Source: Candidatus Terrybacteria bacterium RIFCSPHIGHO2_01_FULL_43_35
GTDB taxonomy: Bacteria; Patescibacteriota; Minisyncoccia; Terrybacterales; GWB1-40-14
DNA length: 62,913 nt
Assembly (NCBI GenBank): GCA_001822815.1
Contig: MHSR01000016.1
Span: 1-62,913 of the forward strand
Direction of reading: 5' to 3'
In this document: one piece after another, positions 44,399 to 54,960 of the stretch
Position numbering within the stretch: position 1 is the first letter of the stretch
Layout: every line of letters begins with the position of its first letter
Program-made: the position numbers and the translations under genes
The notes under the pieces: generated by a model
Databases searched by the model: none
Told to the model about the DNA's origin: nothing
What the model saw: only the letters and a program-made list of their open reading frames with translations

Positions 44399-47353
44399 AT
44401 GCCTGCCAACAAAAAAATTACAAAAAATGTTATTTCCATTCGCGGCGCCCGAGTGCATAACCTGAAGAATATAGACGTAGATATCCCGCGCAATAAACTT
44501 ACGGTCATAACCGGGCTTTCGGGTTCGGGCAAGTCGTCTTTGGCGTTTGATACGCTCTATGCTGATGGTCAAAGGCGTTATGTGGAGTCATTATCTGCTT
44601 ACGCACGGCAATTTTTAGGTGTCATGGAAAAGCCGGATGTAGATAATATTGAGGGTATTTCTCCGGCTATTTCCATAGATCAAAAAAGTGTTTCCAAAAA
44701 CCCGCGTTCAACAGTCGGCACGATAACTGAAATTTATGATTATTTGCGTCTTCTTTTTGCGCGCGTGGGTATCCCACATTGTCCAAAATGCGGTCGTGAA
44801 GTTAAGCGGCAAAGCGCCGCACAAATCATGAATCAAATTTTGGCTTTGCCCGCAAAAACGCCGATAGTCATTTTGGCTCCTGTTATCCGTGGCAAAAAAG
44901 GCGAGCACAAAAGCGTTATTGAAGAAATTGCCCGCGCGGGTTTTAGTCGCGTGCGAATTAATGGAGAAATATTACGCGTTGAAGATGCTCAAAATAAATC
45001 GTTAGCCAGGTATAAAATTCACGATATAGAAGTTGTGGTAGATAGATTTGAAGTTGGACGTTCCGCCGATGACCGCATGCGCTTGGCTTCTTCGGTTGAA
45101 ACAGCTCTTAAAATGGGCAACGGCATAATTATTGTGAATATCCAGCAGGATATTCATCCCGAGCGCAGGCGAGGGATTACACTTAATAACACAAAGGAAA
45201 AAACCGACATGATTTTTTCGGAGATGTTTGCCTGCGAGCATTGCGGGATAAATTTACCCGAGTTGGAACCGCGTACCTTTTCTTTCAACAGCCCACATGG
45301 CGCATGTCCAAAATGCACCGGTATTGGTTATCAGCTTGATGTTGATTCTGAGCTTGTTGTGCCCAACCCCAGACTTACTATTGCCGAAGGAGCTATACGC
45401 CCGTGGATGGCGGCATCGCACAGGTTAGGCAGGCAATCATGGTACTGGTGGATGCTTTCGGAATTCTCCGATAGAAAAGGTTTTTCCTTGAACGATCCGT
45501 GGTTAAAACTACCCAAGGGGATACAGCAAGAAATTTTATTTGGCGAAAAGCAAGAAGAAAAAAAAGAAGGTCTGCTTGCCCTTCGAAGTCTTGACGAAGA
45601 AGGGGCTAAATTTGAAGGCGTGGTACCAAATCTTCTGCGCCGTTATCAGGCCAGCGATTCTGACTGGACCAGAGCTGAGATAGAGAAATATATGGTTATT
45701 AAGGAGTGCTCGGTGTGTAAAGGTAAACGCCTACGCCTAGAGGCACTTGCGGTTACGGTTGGAGGAAGGTCAATTGATGTGGTGACAGCTTTGAGTATTA
45801 AAGATGCGCAGCGTTTTTTTGGCGATTTATCCTCAAGGCTTTCGAAAAATCATAAAATAATCGCGCGCATGATAGTAAAAGAAGTCATTAACCGTCTGCA
45901 ATTTTTGATTGATGTCGGCTTGGATTATCTAACTTTAGATCGTTCGGCACAAACTTTATCCGGCGGGGAGGGCCAGAGAATACGTTTGGCTACTCAAATA
46001 GGTACGCGTTTGACCGGTGTACTTTATATACTTGATGAGCCTTCGGTTGGTTTGCATCCACGCGATCAGGCTAGGCTTATTAAAACGCTTAAAGACTTGC
46101 GCGACTTAGGCAATACGGTCGTTGTGGTGGAACACGATCCGCAGACCATTCTTGCGGCCGATTGGGTTATAGATGTTGGTCCAGCGGCAGGTAAACACGG
46201 CGGAAGAATAGTTTTCACCGGAACGGCAAAAGAACTGCTTAAGGCTAAAACATTGACCGGAGAGTATCTCGCCGGCAAAAAACATGTCGGTAGAGCGGAA
46301 AGCAAGATAGTTGAACAAGCGATTTACCGTAATCCCTCGGCCAAAAAAGACAACGAAAACAAAAGCCTCATTATTTATGGCGCCAAGGAACATAATCTCA
46401 AGAATATTGACGTGAAGATTCCTATCGGAAAATTTGTCTGTTTAACCGGCGTTTCTGGTTCTGGAAAATCAACTCTTCTTAATGACATTTTAGCCCGCGC
46501 ATTGCTGAAACATTTCTGGAATGCAAAAGAAATGCCCGGCAAACATAGCCGCATCTTGGGCATAGAAAATATTGATAAGGCTATAGTTATTGATCAGTCG
46601 CCCATAGGCCGCACGCCTCGTTCAAATCCCGCGACATATACAGGTGCTTTTACCATCATCCGTACTCTTTTTGCCGCAACCAAAGAAGCCAAAGTAAGGG
46701 GCTATGGGCCAGGCAGGTTTTCTTTTAACGTTAAGGGCGGACGATGCGAGAATTGTCAGGGTGAAGGCATGCGTAAAATAGAGATGCAGTTTTTGGCTGA
46801 AGTTTGGGTTGAATGCGAAGAATGTCATGGCACGCGCTATAATAAAGATGCTTTAGAAATAACATGGCGGGGCAAAAATATAGCCCAAATATTAGAAATG
46901 ACCGTTGAAGAAGCCTTTAAATTCTTTGCCGGCATCCCCACCATTACCGCAAAACTGCGCACCTTAAACGATGTTGGCTTGGGCTATATAAACTTTGGCC
47001 AGTCGGCAACAACTTTATCTGGCGGGGAGGCACAACGCATAAAGTTATCTACTGAGCTGGCAAGACGCACTACCGGCAAAACTCTTTATATATTGGACGA
47101 GCCCACTACCGGCTTGCATTTCGCCGATATAGATAAATTACTGGGCATCCTGCGCGGTTTGGTAAATTTAGGCAATACAGTTTTGGTGATAGAACACAAT
47201 ATGGATGTCATCAAATGCGCCGATTGGGTTATTGACTTGGGACCTGAAGGTGGAGATCAAGGCGGCAGAATTATTGCCGAAGGCACGGTAAAAGAGATCG
47301 CCAAAAATAAGAATAGTTATACGGGACAATATCTCAAGAATTTGGAATTTTGA
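44399..47353 (+). CDS. uvrA: excinuclease ABC subunit A
   Basis: [12 protein letters not shown], Zn fingers, [31 protein letters not shown]; ATG at 44399. Confidence 0.97.
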   Translation: MPANKKITKNVISIRGARVHNLKNIDVDIPRNKLTVITGLSGSGKSSLAFDTLYADGQRRYVESLSAYARQFLGVMEKPDVDNIEGISPAISIDQKSVSKNPRSTVGTITEIYDYLRLLFARVGIPHCPKCGREVKRQSAAQIMNQILALPAKTPIVILAPVIRGKKGEHKSVIEEIARAGFSRVRINGEILRVEDAQNKSLARYKIHDIEVVVDRFEVGRSADDRMRLASSVETALKMGNGIIIVNIQQDIHPERRRGITLNNTKEKTDMIFSEMFACEHCGINLPELEPRTFSFNSPHGACPKCTGIGYQLDVDSELVVPNPRLTIAEGAIRPWMAASHRLGRQSWYWWMLSEFSDRKGFSLNDPWLKLPKGIQQEILFGEKQEEKKEGLLALRSLDEEGAKFEGVVPNLLRRYQASDSDWTRAEIEKYMVIKECSVCKGKRLRLEALAVTVGGRSIDVVTALSIKDAQRFFGDLSSRLSKNHKIIARMIVKEVINRLQFLIDVGLDYLTLDRSAQTLSGGEGQRIRLATQIGTRLTGVLYILDEPSVGLHPRDQARLIKTLKDLRDLGNTVVVVEHDPQTILAADWVIDVGPAAGKHGGRIVFTGTAKELLKAKTLTGEYLAGKKHVGRAESKIVEQAIYRNPSAKKDNENKSLIIYGAKEHNLKNIDVKIPIGKFVCLTGVSGSGKSTLLNDILARALLKHFWNAKEMPGKHSRILGIENIDKAIVIDQSPIGRTPRSNPATYTGAFTIIRTLFAATKEAKVRGYGPGRFSFNVKGGRCENCQGEGMRKIEMQFLAEVWVECEECHGTRYNKDALEITWRGKNIAQILEMTVEEAFKFFAGIPTITAKLRTLNDVGLGYINFGQSATTLSGGEAQRIKLSTELARRTTGKTLYILDEPTTGLHFADIDKLLGILRGLVNLGNTVLVIEHNMDVIKCADWVIDLGPEGGDQGGRIIAEGTVKEIAKNKNSYTGQYLKNLEF

Positions 47354-47398
47354 ATTTAGCTAAAATCAAAAAATAAAAGCGGAGATATTTACTCCGCA

Positions 47399-47971
47399 TT
47401 ATGTAGTAGATGTATTATTGCTACGTGTTAAACGTTGTAAGATAGGACGTACAATAAAGTTAATCATCCTTATCCAAAATGGAATTACTGTTTTCCAAGA
47501 AACTATTCTAGGCAATGTGCTCATTTCTTTTATCCTATAGCTTCCTGGTTTTTTGACCCAACTTTCCTCAGGTACGTTATTGATAGCCACAATAATGTCA
47601 GCTTCAGACGTTTCTTCAAAAAGCGTTACGCCGAGTGCCCTGGCGGTATTATTAAATCTTTTTTCAATGTCTGAATTAGCGGCCATTTGTCGATATAAAT
47701 ACAATAATTGATCATAGTCACGTTCAACTGATGTCTTGTCGAGATCAACTTCTAGCAGTATTGTATTGCGCGTAGTAATAGCTGGATTAATCTCGAGTAT
47801 AGCTAAAATACCAATTAACTTTATTACTTTATTACTCCAGAGATATATATAGTTTGGATCGCCGCTTCCTAATAAATATTCATTATGATTGCCGGTTTCG
47901 ATACCAGGTTTTAGACCTTCAGTTAAGATCCTGGAGACGTGTTGTGGATATGTAAAGTGATAAAATTTCAC
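47399..47971 (-). CDS. putative ADP-ribosyltransferase-fold protein
   Basis: N-terminal YHFT...V.RIL.EGLKP, then YIYLW and ILLEVD strands; own promoter-like TTGACA/TACAAT and SD GAGGAG. Confidence 0.55.
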   Translation of the reverse strand: MKFYHFTYPQHVSRILTEGLKPGIETGNHNEYLLGSGDPNYIYLWSNKVIKLIGILAILEINPAITTRNTILLEVDLDKTSVERDYDQLLYLYRQMAANSDIEKRFNNTARALGVTLFEETSEADIIVAINNVPEESWVKKPGSYRIKEMSTLPRIVSWKTVIPFWIRMINFIVRPILQRLTRSNNTSTT

Positions 47972-48056
47972 CAGAGTATCTCCTCATCTCAATGAACCAG
48001 TTTGTTTAAATATTGTACAGATAAATAATAATTTGTCAAATAAAAAGGCAATTTTT

Positions 48057-48989
48057 ATGTCCGAGTTAGAAAAATATATTTTGCGCACGGTAGTTTACTA
48101 TGACGTTTTGGATATGGCACCTACAACCTACGAAATTTGGCGCAATCTTTTAAACGCGAGAAATAACGAACAAATATTTTTGGGCTCAATAATAGTATCT
48201 CTTGATGATCTGGCGACTCAAAAAATAATAGAACAGAAATGGGGGTTCAATTTTTTGCCGGGCAGAGAAAATCTTTGCGTTGAACGATTAGATAAATTGA
48301 ATTTGACCGATGAAAAATGGAAAAAGGCTCGCCGCGCTTTCAGCATGTTGGCCCTTGTTCCATATTTAAGAATGGTTTTTGCCTCGGGTTCATTTGCGCT
48401 TGGCAATACAGAACGCGCCAGCGACATAGATATTTTGGTTGTATTGAAGAGGGAGAGAATATGGACTGGACGTTTAATCATAACAATATTGCTGCATATT
48501 TTGGGTATGCGGAGGCACGGTACCAAAATAAGCAACAGGATATGCTTAAACCATTTTATAACCGATGCGTCACTACAGATTCCTTTTCGCAGTCTGTATA
48601 ACGCACATATCTATGCTAATTTAGTACCTATAATGACCGTTCACGGTGCCGAAGCCGAAGGTTTTTTTAAAGCAAACAAATGGATCAATGATTTTGTCGG
48701 CGTTAATGACCGTCTACCCCCTTCTTCCAGACGTACTATTAAACCGAATAAAATTTTGCTTAAGATTGCATCTGTTTCAGAAGTGCTGCTTAATACCCCA
48801 ATAGGGGGTTGGCTTGAGGGTCTATTGAAAAATATTCAACAAAGACGTATTTCGTCCAATCCAGTTACGCATAATAATATAGGGCATGTTTTAGCAAATG
48901 ATGACATGCTGGCATTTCACCCAGATTCACCCGAACACGAAATAATCAATAAATTCAATAAAAAGTTGGTAGAATTGGGGTTGGGTTGA
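48057..48989 (+). CDS. nucleotidyltransferase-domain protein (Pol beta superfamily)
   Basis: ASGSFALGN...SDIDILVV, ICLNHF; ATG at 48057. Confidence 0.75.
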   Translation: MSELEKYILRTVVYYDVLDMAPTTYEIWRNLLNARNNEQIFLGSIIVSLDDLATQKIIEQKWGFNFLPGRENLCVERLDKLNLTDEKWKKARRAFSMLALVPYLRMVFASGSFALGNTERASDIDILVVLKRERIWTGRLIITILLHILGMRRHGTKISNRICLNHFITDASLQIPFRSLYNAHIYANLVPIMTVHGAEAEGFFKANKWINDFVGVNDRLPPSSRRTIKPNKILLKIASVSEVLLNTPIGGWLEGLLKNIQQRRISSNPVTHNNIGHVLANDDMLAFHPDSPEHEIINKFNKKLVELGLG

Positions 48990-49020
48990 GGGCTAAGTCC
49001 AAAAAAGCTAAAATGTAGAT

Positions 49021-49350
49021 ATGAGAAAAGGCGTTGCTATAGCATTGGGCAATTTAATATTCGTTTCGGGTACGGGTACGATAGCCTACCACTTTTTGGA
49101 AGGCTGGTCTTGGGTAGATTCTTTTTATTTCGTTGGCATGCATATAACGACTGTCGGTACAGCCGCTTTGGAGCCGACTCGAGATATAACTAAAATACTG
49201 GCGGTATTCATAGATTTCGCCGGCATTATTCTCGGTTTCTACAGCCTGACGATTATGGCTATTTTTTATTTCAAAAACAGCGATCTTGGCCTTTGGCGTA
49301 TGCTTAGTTTTGGCTCATCAGAGAAGAAAAAAGACCAAAAAACCCAGTAA
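49021..49350 (+). CDS. two-TM potassium-channel-family (KcsA-like) protein with atypical filter
   Basis: EGWSWVDSFYF...TTVG pore helix, but TVGTA instead of TVGYG. Confidence 0.75.
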   Translation: MRKGVAIALGNLIFVSGTGTIAYHFLEGWSWVDSFYFVGMHITTVGTAALEPTRDITKILAVFIDFAGIILGFYSLTIMAIFYFKNSDLGLWRMLSFGSSEKKKDQKTQ

Positions 49351-49451
49351 TGCAACTTCCAGACACACATTGGATTTGGTAATTATTTAAATAAAAACGT
49401 TAATAAACGCTACGCGTTTATTACTGGAAGATGATATACTGGGAATCATTC

Positions 49452-50420
49452 ATGAATGCCATTATCATTATACTTTTAATATTTACGGCCGTTGTTTCTG
49501 CCGGCGTTTTTTTGCTTTTGTGGGGGAGCAGAAGTAAAAAATCGAGCGAAAGCGAATTGATGAAATCAATGCTGGAACGGATGGACGGTTTGAAAGGAGA
49601 TTTAGGTGATCGCCTTCGGGATGTTAAGGAGGAGGCAAATAAGTCGGGTGAAGCAACCACTCGTTTGCTAACACAAATAGGCCGTCAGGAAGAGGCGGTT
49701 AAAATGGTTCTTGAACAAACCAGAGATTTAAAAACGTTTCAGGATCTGCTTCGTCCGTCAAAAAGCAGAGGAATAGTAGGGGAAATCATTTTGGAAAACA
49801 TTTTGAAGGATAAGCTTGTTGAAAATAAGAATTATAAACGACAATATTCTTTCAAAAGCGGCGAAGTTGTAGATTTCGCGCTTTTTATTAATGATTATAT
49901 TGTCCCGCTTGATTCAAAATTTCCGATGGAAAGCTACGAGCGATTGGTTGCGGCCTCTCCTGAAGAGAAAGATACGACAGAAAAAGCTTTTGCTGCTTCA
50001 GTTAAACAGAAGGTTGAAGATATACGCAAAAAATACATTTTGCCCCAAGAAAAGACAACAGATTTTGCTTTGATGTATATTCCTTCAGAGGGCATGTACG
50101 CGACGATACTCTCCATCCCGTCATTAATGGATTACGCATCTGCTTCGCGCGTTATTCCCGTTTCGCCCTCGACTCTTTTTGCCTATTTGGTAACTATTGA
50201 AATGGGTTTTCGTGGCATGCAAATTGCGGAAAGCGCCAAAGAAATACGGAGTGCGTTGTTTGCGTTTGAAAAAGATATATCTGAGTTGGATAAGAAGATA
50301 AAGTTGATAGGCGGGCATATGAAGAACGCTACCAACGCCGTAGATGAAGTAGATAAAAATATTGGGAAAATAGAGGAAAAATTACGGTTGGTTACTTCTC
50401 AAGCCAAAAACGAAGAATAA
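49452..50420 (+). CDS. rmuC: DNA recombination protein RmuC
   Basis: RGIVGEIILE.IL, PLDSKFP, KKYI.P...TDFALMYIPSEG, PVSPSTL. Confidence 0.9.
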   Translation: MNAIIIILLIFTAVVSAGVFLLLWGSRSKKSSESELMKSMLERMDGLKGDLGDRLRDVKEEANKSGEATTRLLTQIGRQEEAVKMVLEQTRDLKTFQDLLRPSKSRGIVGEIILENILKDKLVENKNYKRQYSFKSGEVVDFALFINDYIVPLDSKFPMESYERLVAASPEEKDTTEKAFAASVKQKVEDIRKKYILPQEKTTDFALMYIPSEGMYATILSIPSLMDYASASRVIPVSPSTLFAYLVTIEMGFRGMQIAESAKEIRSALFAFEKDISELDKKIKLIGGHMKNATNAVDEVDKNIGKIEEKLRLVTSQAKNEE

Positions 50421-50425
50421 TTGTT

Positions 50426-50704
50426 ATGGAAAAAGATAATAAAAAACGTTTATTGGAATTTTACGGTACCGAATGCCCGCATTGCGTGACCATGAAACCG
50501 CTTATTGACCGTTTGGAACGCGAGCTTAATATAACTTTAGAGAAATATGAGGTGTGGCATAATGACGAGAACGCTAAATTGATGGAGCAGTACGACCGCG
50601 GTTTTTGCGGCGGCGTGCCGTTTTTCTACAATACGGCTACAAATAACTATATTTGCGGCTCAGTGCCCTACGAACACTTTAAAGCTTGGGCGATGGAAGA
50701 GTAA
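50426..50704 (+). CDS. thioredoxin/glutaredoxin-like protein
   Basis: FYGTECPHC, GVPFF..., ICGS. Confidence 0.85.
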   Translation: MEKDNKKRLLEFYGTECPHCVTMKPLIDRLERELNITLEKYEVWHNDENAKLMEQYDRGFCGGVPFFYNTATNNYICGSVPYEHFKAWAMEE

Positions 50705-50806
50705 GTCGGCAGGCTTACTCGCGGCTTGCTGGAGTCCTCTTTATATTAATGCCGTTCATGGCAATATAGTCCTTCTCCAGAGGCCGCTCGCAAGCCAGCC
50801 GACTTA
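50702..50806. other. ~105-nt rod-like imperfect hairpin
   Basis: TAAGTCGGC/GCCGACTTA, GGCTT/AAGCC, GCGGC/GCCGC, CTGGAG/CTCCAG, TATATT/AATATA. Confidence 0.75.
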
Positions 50807-50835
50807 TAAATATAAAATTAGAAATTAAGCACCAT

Positions 50836-51510
50836 ATGTTTACTCGTTCTCGCATTTTAATTGCGCTCGGTGGAGCTATAACCGCCATCATTATTCTTAT
50901 CGCTGGCGGCTATTTGTATTGGCAAAGCACGCAGAACGAACAAGCGTTATTGCAAAAAGCCAATCAGGATCAAGCGTTAGCACAGCAAAAAGCAAATAAA
51001 AATCAGAAAAAAGCATTAACCGAACAGACGGATAGTTCGGGATGGAGAATATATCTTGACGATACATACGGTTTTGAATTTCGATATCCAAACGAAATGT
51101 CCATTACGCAATTGGGCGAAGGAAATATTTGTTTATACCCCGCATCTAATTCAATCCCAACAAGTCAAGACTGTCACAACAATTTTATCAGAATAGAAAG
51201 TTTCTTCTTTGATGACGGTTTGATAGAAGAATGGCGTGCAAAAAATTATCCTGAATTATATGCTAGATTATATGCGAATCCGTCTCCTCAACCTTACGAT
51301 AAAAAGGAACAGATTGGTCCAAATAGCTGGCTTTTCGGACACGTCGAGACTTCACAATATCACCAAGGATGGAAAATATATGAATTTTTGCATCCAATAA
51401 GGCCTCTAAATTTAACTATTTCCGAATATGAACCATACGGTATGATTGACATTATTCAAATTCTCTCCACCTTTAAATTTATTGATGTAATACCCTCCGC
51501 GGGCGACTAG
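50836..51510 (+). CDS. membrane-anchored PsbP-like hypothetical protein
   Basis: TM, W..Y....GFEFRYP, C-terminal QILSTFKF. Confidence 0.7.
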   Translation: MFTRSRILIALGGAITAIIILIAGGYLYWQSTQNEQALLQKANQDQALAQQKANKNQKKALTEQTDSSGWRIYLDDTYGFEFRYPNEMSITQLGEGNICLYPASNSIPTSQDCHNNFIRIESFFFDDGLIEEWRAKNYPELYARLYANPSPQPYDKKEQIGPNSWLFGHVETSQYHQGWKIYEFLHPIRPLNLTISEYEPYGMIDIIQILSTFKFIDVIPSAGD

Positions 51511-51548
51511 CTAAATTTTTAGCTTTTCGTTTTGCATTTTACGTTTTT

Positions 51549-52304
51549 ATGTACGACGTCAGTTCGCTTTTTATACCTGCATTTATATCTGGTCTCATCA
51601 CTTTTTTCGCCCCATGCACCTTCCCTTTGATACCGGCATATTTGGGCTTGATATCCGGAGCAACCGCCGATGAGCTATCGGATCATCTTAAGCGCAAAGA
51701 ATTACGATGGAAGATAGTTGCTAATGGCCTTCTATTCATTTTGGGTTTTGCCGCAGTCTTTATATCTTTGGGTGCTGGTTTTGGCTTAATTGGCTCCTCG
51801 ATTTCGGGTTTCCGTCTTTGGCTGACTAAAATAGCAGGAATCCTGGTTTTTGTTGCTGGTTTGTCTATGCTTGGCGCAATAAAAATAAGAGGATTTAATT
51901 TGATACGTCTAAAAAACATAAACCGCTTTGATCCAAAAACACGAGCTTTTGTTTTAGGTATTGCTTTGGGTGCCGGTTGGACTCCTTGCGTCGGACCGAT
52001 TTTGGGAGCGGTTTTAACACTGGCAAGCGCATCGGCAACAATATGGACCGGAGCGCAATTATTGACAGCATTTTCTTTAGGTCTGGCCATACCGTTTATA
52101 ATCGTGGCTTTTTTGTTTGGTTCGGCGCAAAAATATTTTTCAATTATCAACAGATACTTACCGGCCCTGTCCGCAGTATCGGGCGTCGTACTTATGCTTT
52201 TTGGTTATTTGATATTTACTTCGCAACTAGGAATTTTGATGGGTTTTGGGTTCAAATTACTGCGTTTTATTCCCTATCAGGATTTTATATATAATTTTAT
52301 TTGA
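51549..52304 (+). CDS. ccdA: CcdA cytochrome c biogenesis / DsbD TM-domain protein
   Basis: FFAPCTFPLIPAYL and WTPCVGPILG, FSLGLAIPF. Confidence 0.85.
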   Translation: MYDVSSLFIPAFISGLITFFAPCTFPLIPAYLGLISGATADELSDHLKRKELRWKIVANGLLFILGFAAVFISLGAGFGLIGSSISGFRLWLTKIAGILVFVAGLSMLGAIKIRGFNLIRLKNINRFDPKTRAFVLGIALGAGWTPCVGPILGAVLTLASASATIWTGAQLLTAFSLGLAIPFIIVAFLFGSAQKYFSIINRYLPALSAVSGVVLMLFGYLIFTSQLGILMGFGFKLLRFIPYQDFIYNFI

Positions 52305-52372
52305 TTCTTTCTGCTTATTTAAAAAATAAGGTCTTTTTGTTTTGGAGCGATTTTATGATATAATAATATAAC

Positions 52373-52810
52373 ATGAGTAAATTGACTAAAGTAGTTGGAA
52401 GCCACGATCTTATAAACTTGCTTGGTGCAGCCTTGTTGGTTATTTTGAGTAGCGGCATGTTTTTTTATGTAGTTCAAGAACAAAACACAGAAGCGGTTTT
52501 GTGGCAGGCAGGTAAATATAGAAGTGAAGCCATACATAGACACTTACAGCAGCTGCAAAAAACGCAAAATTTGCCTCCAAAAAACACCTCTCTTGAAACG
52601 ACTTTTGACTATTCTGAAGGAAATTGTACGTATGATAGTCAGTGCACGTGGGCGGGTGAAGGTTGTGGCGGCGGGCACGGTATGTGTACTAATCAGCCGG
52701 AAAAATACGGCGATATCTCAACTTGCGATTATAATTTTAATTTTCCGTCCAATAACGGATACACCTGCGGCTGTATAAGCACGTTGGGTAAATGCGGATG
52801 GAGAAAGTAA
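52373..52810 (+). CDS. hypothetical membrane-anchored Cys-rich protein
   Basis: TM, then a domain with 8 Cys; start uncertain. Confidence 0.6.
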   Translation: MSKLTKVVGSHDLINLLGAALLVILSSGMFFYVVQEQNTEAVLWQAGKYRSEAIHRHLQQLQKTQNLPPKNTSLETTFDYSEGNCTYDSQCTWAGEGCGGGHGMCTNQPEKYGDISTCDYNFNFPSNNGYTCGCISTLGKCGWRK

Positions 52811-52819
52811 TTTTCTAAA

Positions 52820-53626
52820 ATGTTCAACCACGAAAACGCATTTAAATCTGCCGAAATGGAAAGGGTTTCGGGAGCGACTCAAGAACGCGTCCTGGAACAG
52901 GAAGCCGAAGGCGGCGTTTTGCCTTATCTGAAGAAAGAATTTGGCGATAATGTTTGGACCGATACGGTAGATCGTCTACGCACTCACTATGAAGGCCCTC
53001 TGCGCGAGGCCGCTTTTGATGTTGTTCTTGGGGAAGGCGCAAAAACTGGTAAAAACCGGCGAAAAGAAATAGCATCTACTTTTCGTGATAGTACAGTCAT
53101 GAATTCAATAGATTTGGGGATTAAAAAATTGGTTGGTGGAGAATTAAATGACCGTTTTTATTTCTCAAAAGCAGAATATGCTTATTTATATGCCATAGCT
53201 TCGGGTGATAGACGTATGGATAAAAGATTTGAACCAATGATTCAGGAAATACTACGTATAGCCATTGAAGATCAACTAGCAATAATCCATGATCCCAAGC
53301 GCGCAAAAGAAGCCGATGGCGCGCTGAACAGAGCTGCCGATTTTGCAGCACAATACCGGGTTTTGTTTGGAGATAAAAATCCGCTAATGTCTCAAGAAGA
53401 TCGCGTATTGTTATTATCTGTCTTGCGGCAAAAGATATCCGAAGGCTTATCAAATAGGGAAGAATTAAAACCGACAATAGATGACGACCGTCACATGATT
53501 CAAAGTTATTACGATCCTAAAACCTTAGCAATTTATCGCATACTCAACGCCCACCGATTAAATTTCGGTGAAGGAGGATTGGAAGTAATCGATAGGCCGC
53601 CAGCGCCTTCGCAAGAGATGCGGTAA
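52820..53626 (+). CDS. hypothetical protein
   Basis: 268-aa ORF, no recognised motif. Confidence 0.65.
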   Translation: MFNHENAFKSAEMERVSGATQERVLEQEAEGGVLPYLKKEFGDNVWTDTVDRLRTHYEGPLREAAFDVVLGEGAKTGKNRRKEIASTFRDSTVMNSIDLGIKKLVGGELNDRFYFSKAEYAYLYAIASGDRRMDKRFEPMIQEILRIAIEDQLAIIHDPKRAKEADGALNRAADFAAQYRVLFGDKNPLMSQEDRVLLLSVLRQKISEGLSNREELKPTIDDDRHMIQSYYDPKTLAIYRILNAHRLNFGEGGLEVIDRPPAPSQEMR

Positions 53627-53647
53627 AAAGTATTCTAATTCGTATCT

Positions 53648-53677
53648 AAAAAACACCCCGCATATGCGGGGTGTTTT
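53648..53677. terminator. bidirectional terminator
   Basis: AAAACACCCCGC-AT-ATGCGGGGTGTTTT between convergent genes. Confidence 0.8.
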
Positions 53678-53687
53678 ATTATCAAGA

Positions 53688-54647
53688 TTATTTTTTTGTA
53701 GTTTTCTTCACGCGCGAAACTCTGAATAATCCCGAACAAGACACAATCTCAACGCCGCGTTTTTCAAGTTCGTCTAGGAAGAGATTCATACCTATTGAAT
53801 CTGAAGACATATGACCGGCAACAATCGCGTTGATATGTGCTTTTTGAGCCGCATCTTTGTGTTTCTCGGATAAATGCATTGCAACTATTGTGCCAATACC
53901 GGCATGGGCCAGGCGTTCATATATTTCTGTAGAGCCTTCGGTGCCGCCGGTTATTTCGGTTAATGCGATCTTGCCGCACCTTCTTTCTTCGGAGCCGGCA
54001 AAAAGCGCGGGGCCTGCGCCTACTTTCATGGCGGCTTGATATTCAGGAATATTTTTTAATAATTTCATTAATTCGCTGACATATTCTGGTTTGGCTTTAT
54101 CTATTATTGTGCGCAAGAAGATTGCGGCCATGTTGTCGGCTATGGTGTGAGTGCACATCAGAGATATTTTCAAGAGTCCGGCTATTTGTACAGCTCTTTC
54201 GTGGTTTGATGGTGAGAGTCCGCGCGCTACTTCGGATATCCGCACATGCATAAGTGATTCAGCCACATTTATAGGCACACCATATTGAGCCAAAACATCA
54301 GCTTGGAGGTGCATTACGTCATCCAGACGTGCAAGAGCCTTACCTTCGGGGTGATGGCCTATAACTAGGTTAATATCTCCTAAACGGTCTGCAAGTAAAA
54401 TTTCTGAAGCTTCCGCGTCTATTCCAGCCAGAACTTTTTTGACAGGCTTTCCGCTGTCATATAAAATTCTTGTGTCGGAATAAGGGTTAGTTAAGCGTTC
54501 TTCGTCAAAGAATTTCTTATCATCATCAGAAAGCTTATTATATTTATCTTTTTCGCGCTTAAGAAGATTGCTGATTTCTTTTGTGGATCTGAAGTCCGCC
54601 TTTCGGCCCAGTTCAACGGCTAAATTGTAGATTTGTTTAACAGTCAT
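53688..54647 (-). CDS. NIF3/NGG1p-interacting-factor-like protein
   Basis: AGID, GHHPEG, HT.ADN, GIGTIVAMH, AGHMSSDSIG. Confidence 0.8.
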   Translation of the reverse strand: MTVKQIYNLAVELGRKADFRSTKEISNLLKREKDKYNKLSDDDKKFFDEERLTNPYSDTRILYDSGKPVKKVLAGIDAEASEILLADRLGDINLVIGHHPEGKALARLDDVMHLQADVLAQYGVPINVAESLMHVRISEVARGLSPSNHERAVQIAGLLKISLMCTHTIADNMAAIFLRTIIDKAKPEYVSELMKLLKNIPEYQAAMKVGAGPALFAGSEERRCGKIALTEITGGTEGSTEIYERLAHAGIGTIVAMHLSEKHKDAAQKAHINAIVAGHMSSDSIGMNLFLDELEKRGVEIVSCSGLFRVSRVKKTTKK

Positions 54648-54721
54648 ATGCCAACAGTTTTGTTGAAGGATTACATTTTGTGTAAGATATTGAATTTGCT
54701 TAATGTATTATAGGTTATTAT

Positions 54722-54955
54722 ATGGACGAGAACAAGATGGACAATAATAAGGTTTTTTATTCGGCTTTTTCTTTGGGCTGGCAACTGGGTTATACTATAG
54801 TTATACCGTTGGTGTTAATGGCTATTATTGGTCGTTTGGCGGATAAGTTTTTAGACACTTCGCCGCTTTTCTTGTTAGGCGGTATTATTTTGTCTATTTT
54901 TCTTTCCGTCGCGCTTTTATACCGAAAAATAAGAGAGATTATTAAAGGAATATAA
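54722..54955 (+). CDS. AtpZ/AtpI-family F0F1 assembly protein
   Basis: LGWQLGYTIVIP...GRLADKFL.TSP; first gene of the atp operon. Confidence 0.8.
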   Translation: MDENKMDNNKVFYSAFSLGWQLGYTIVIPLVLMAIIGRLADKFLDTSPLFLLGGIILSIFLSVALLYRKIREIIKGI

Positions 54956-54960
54956 GTATT

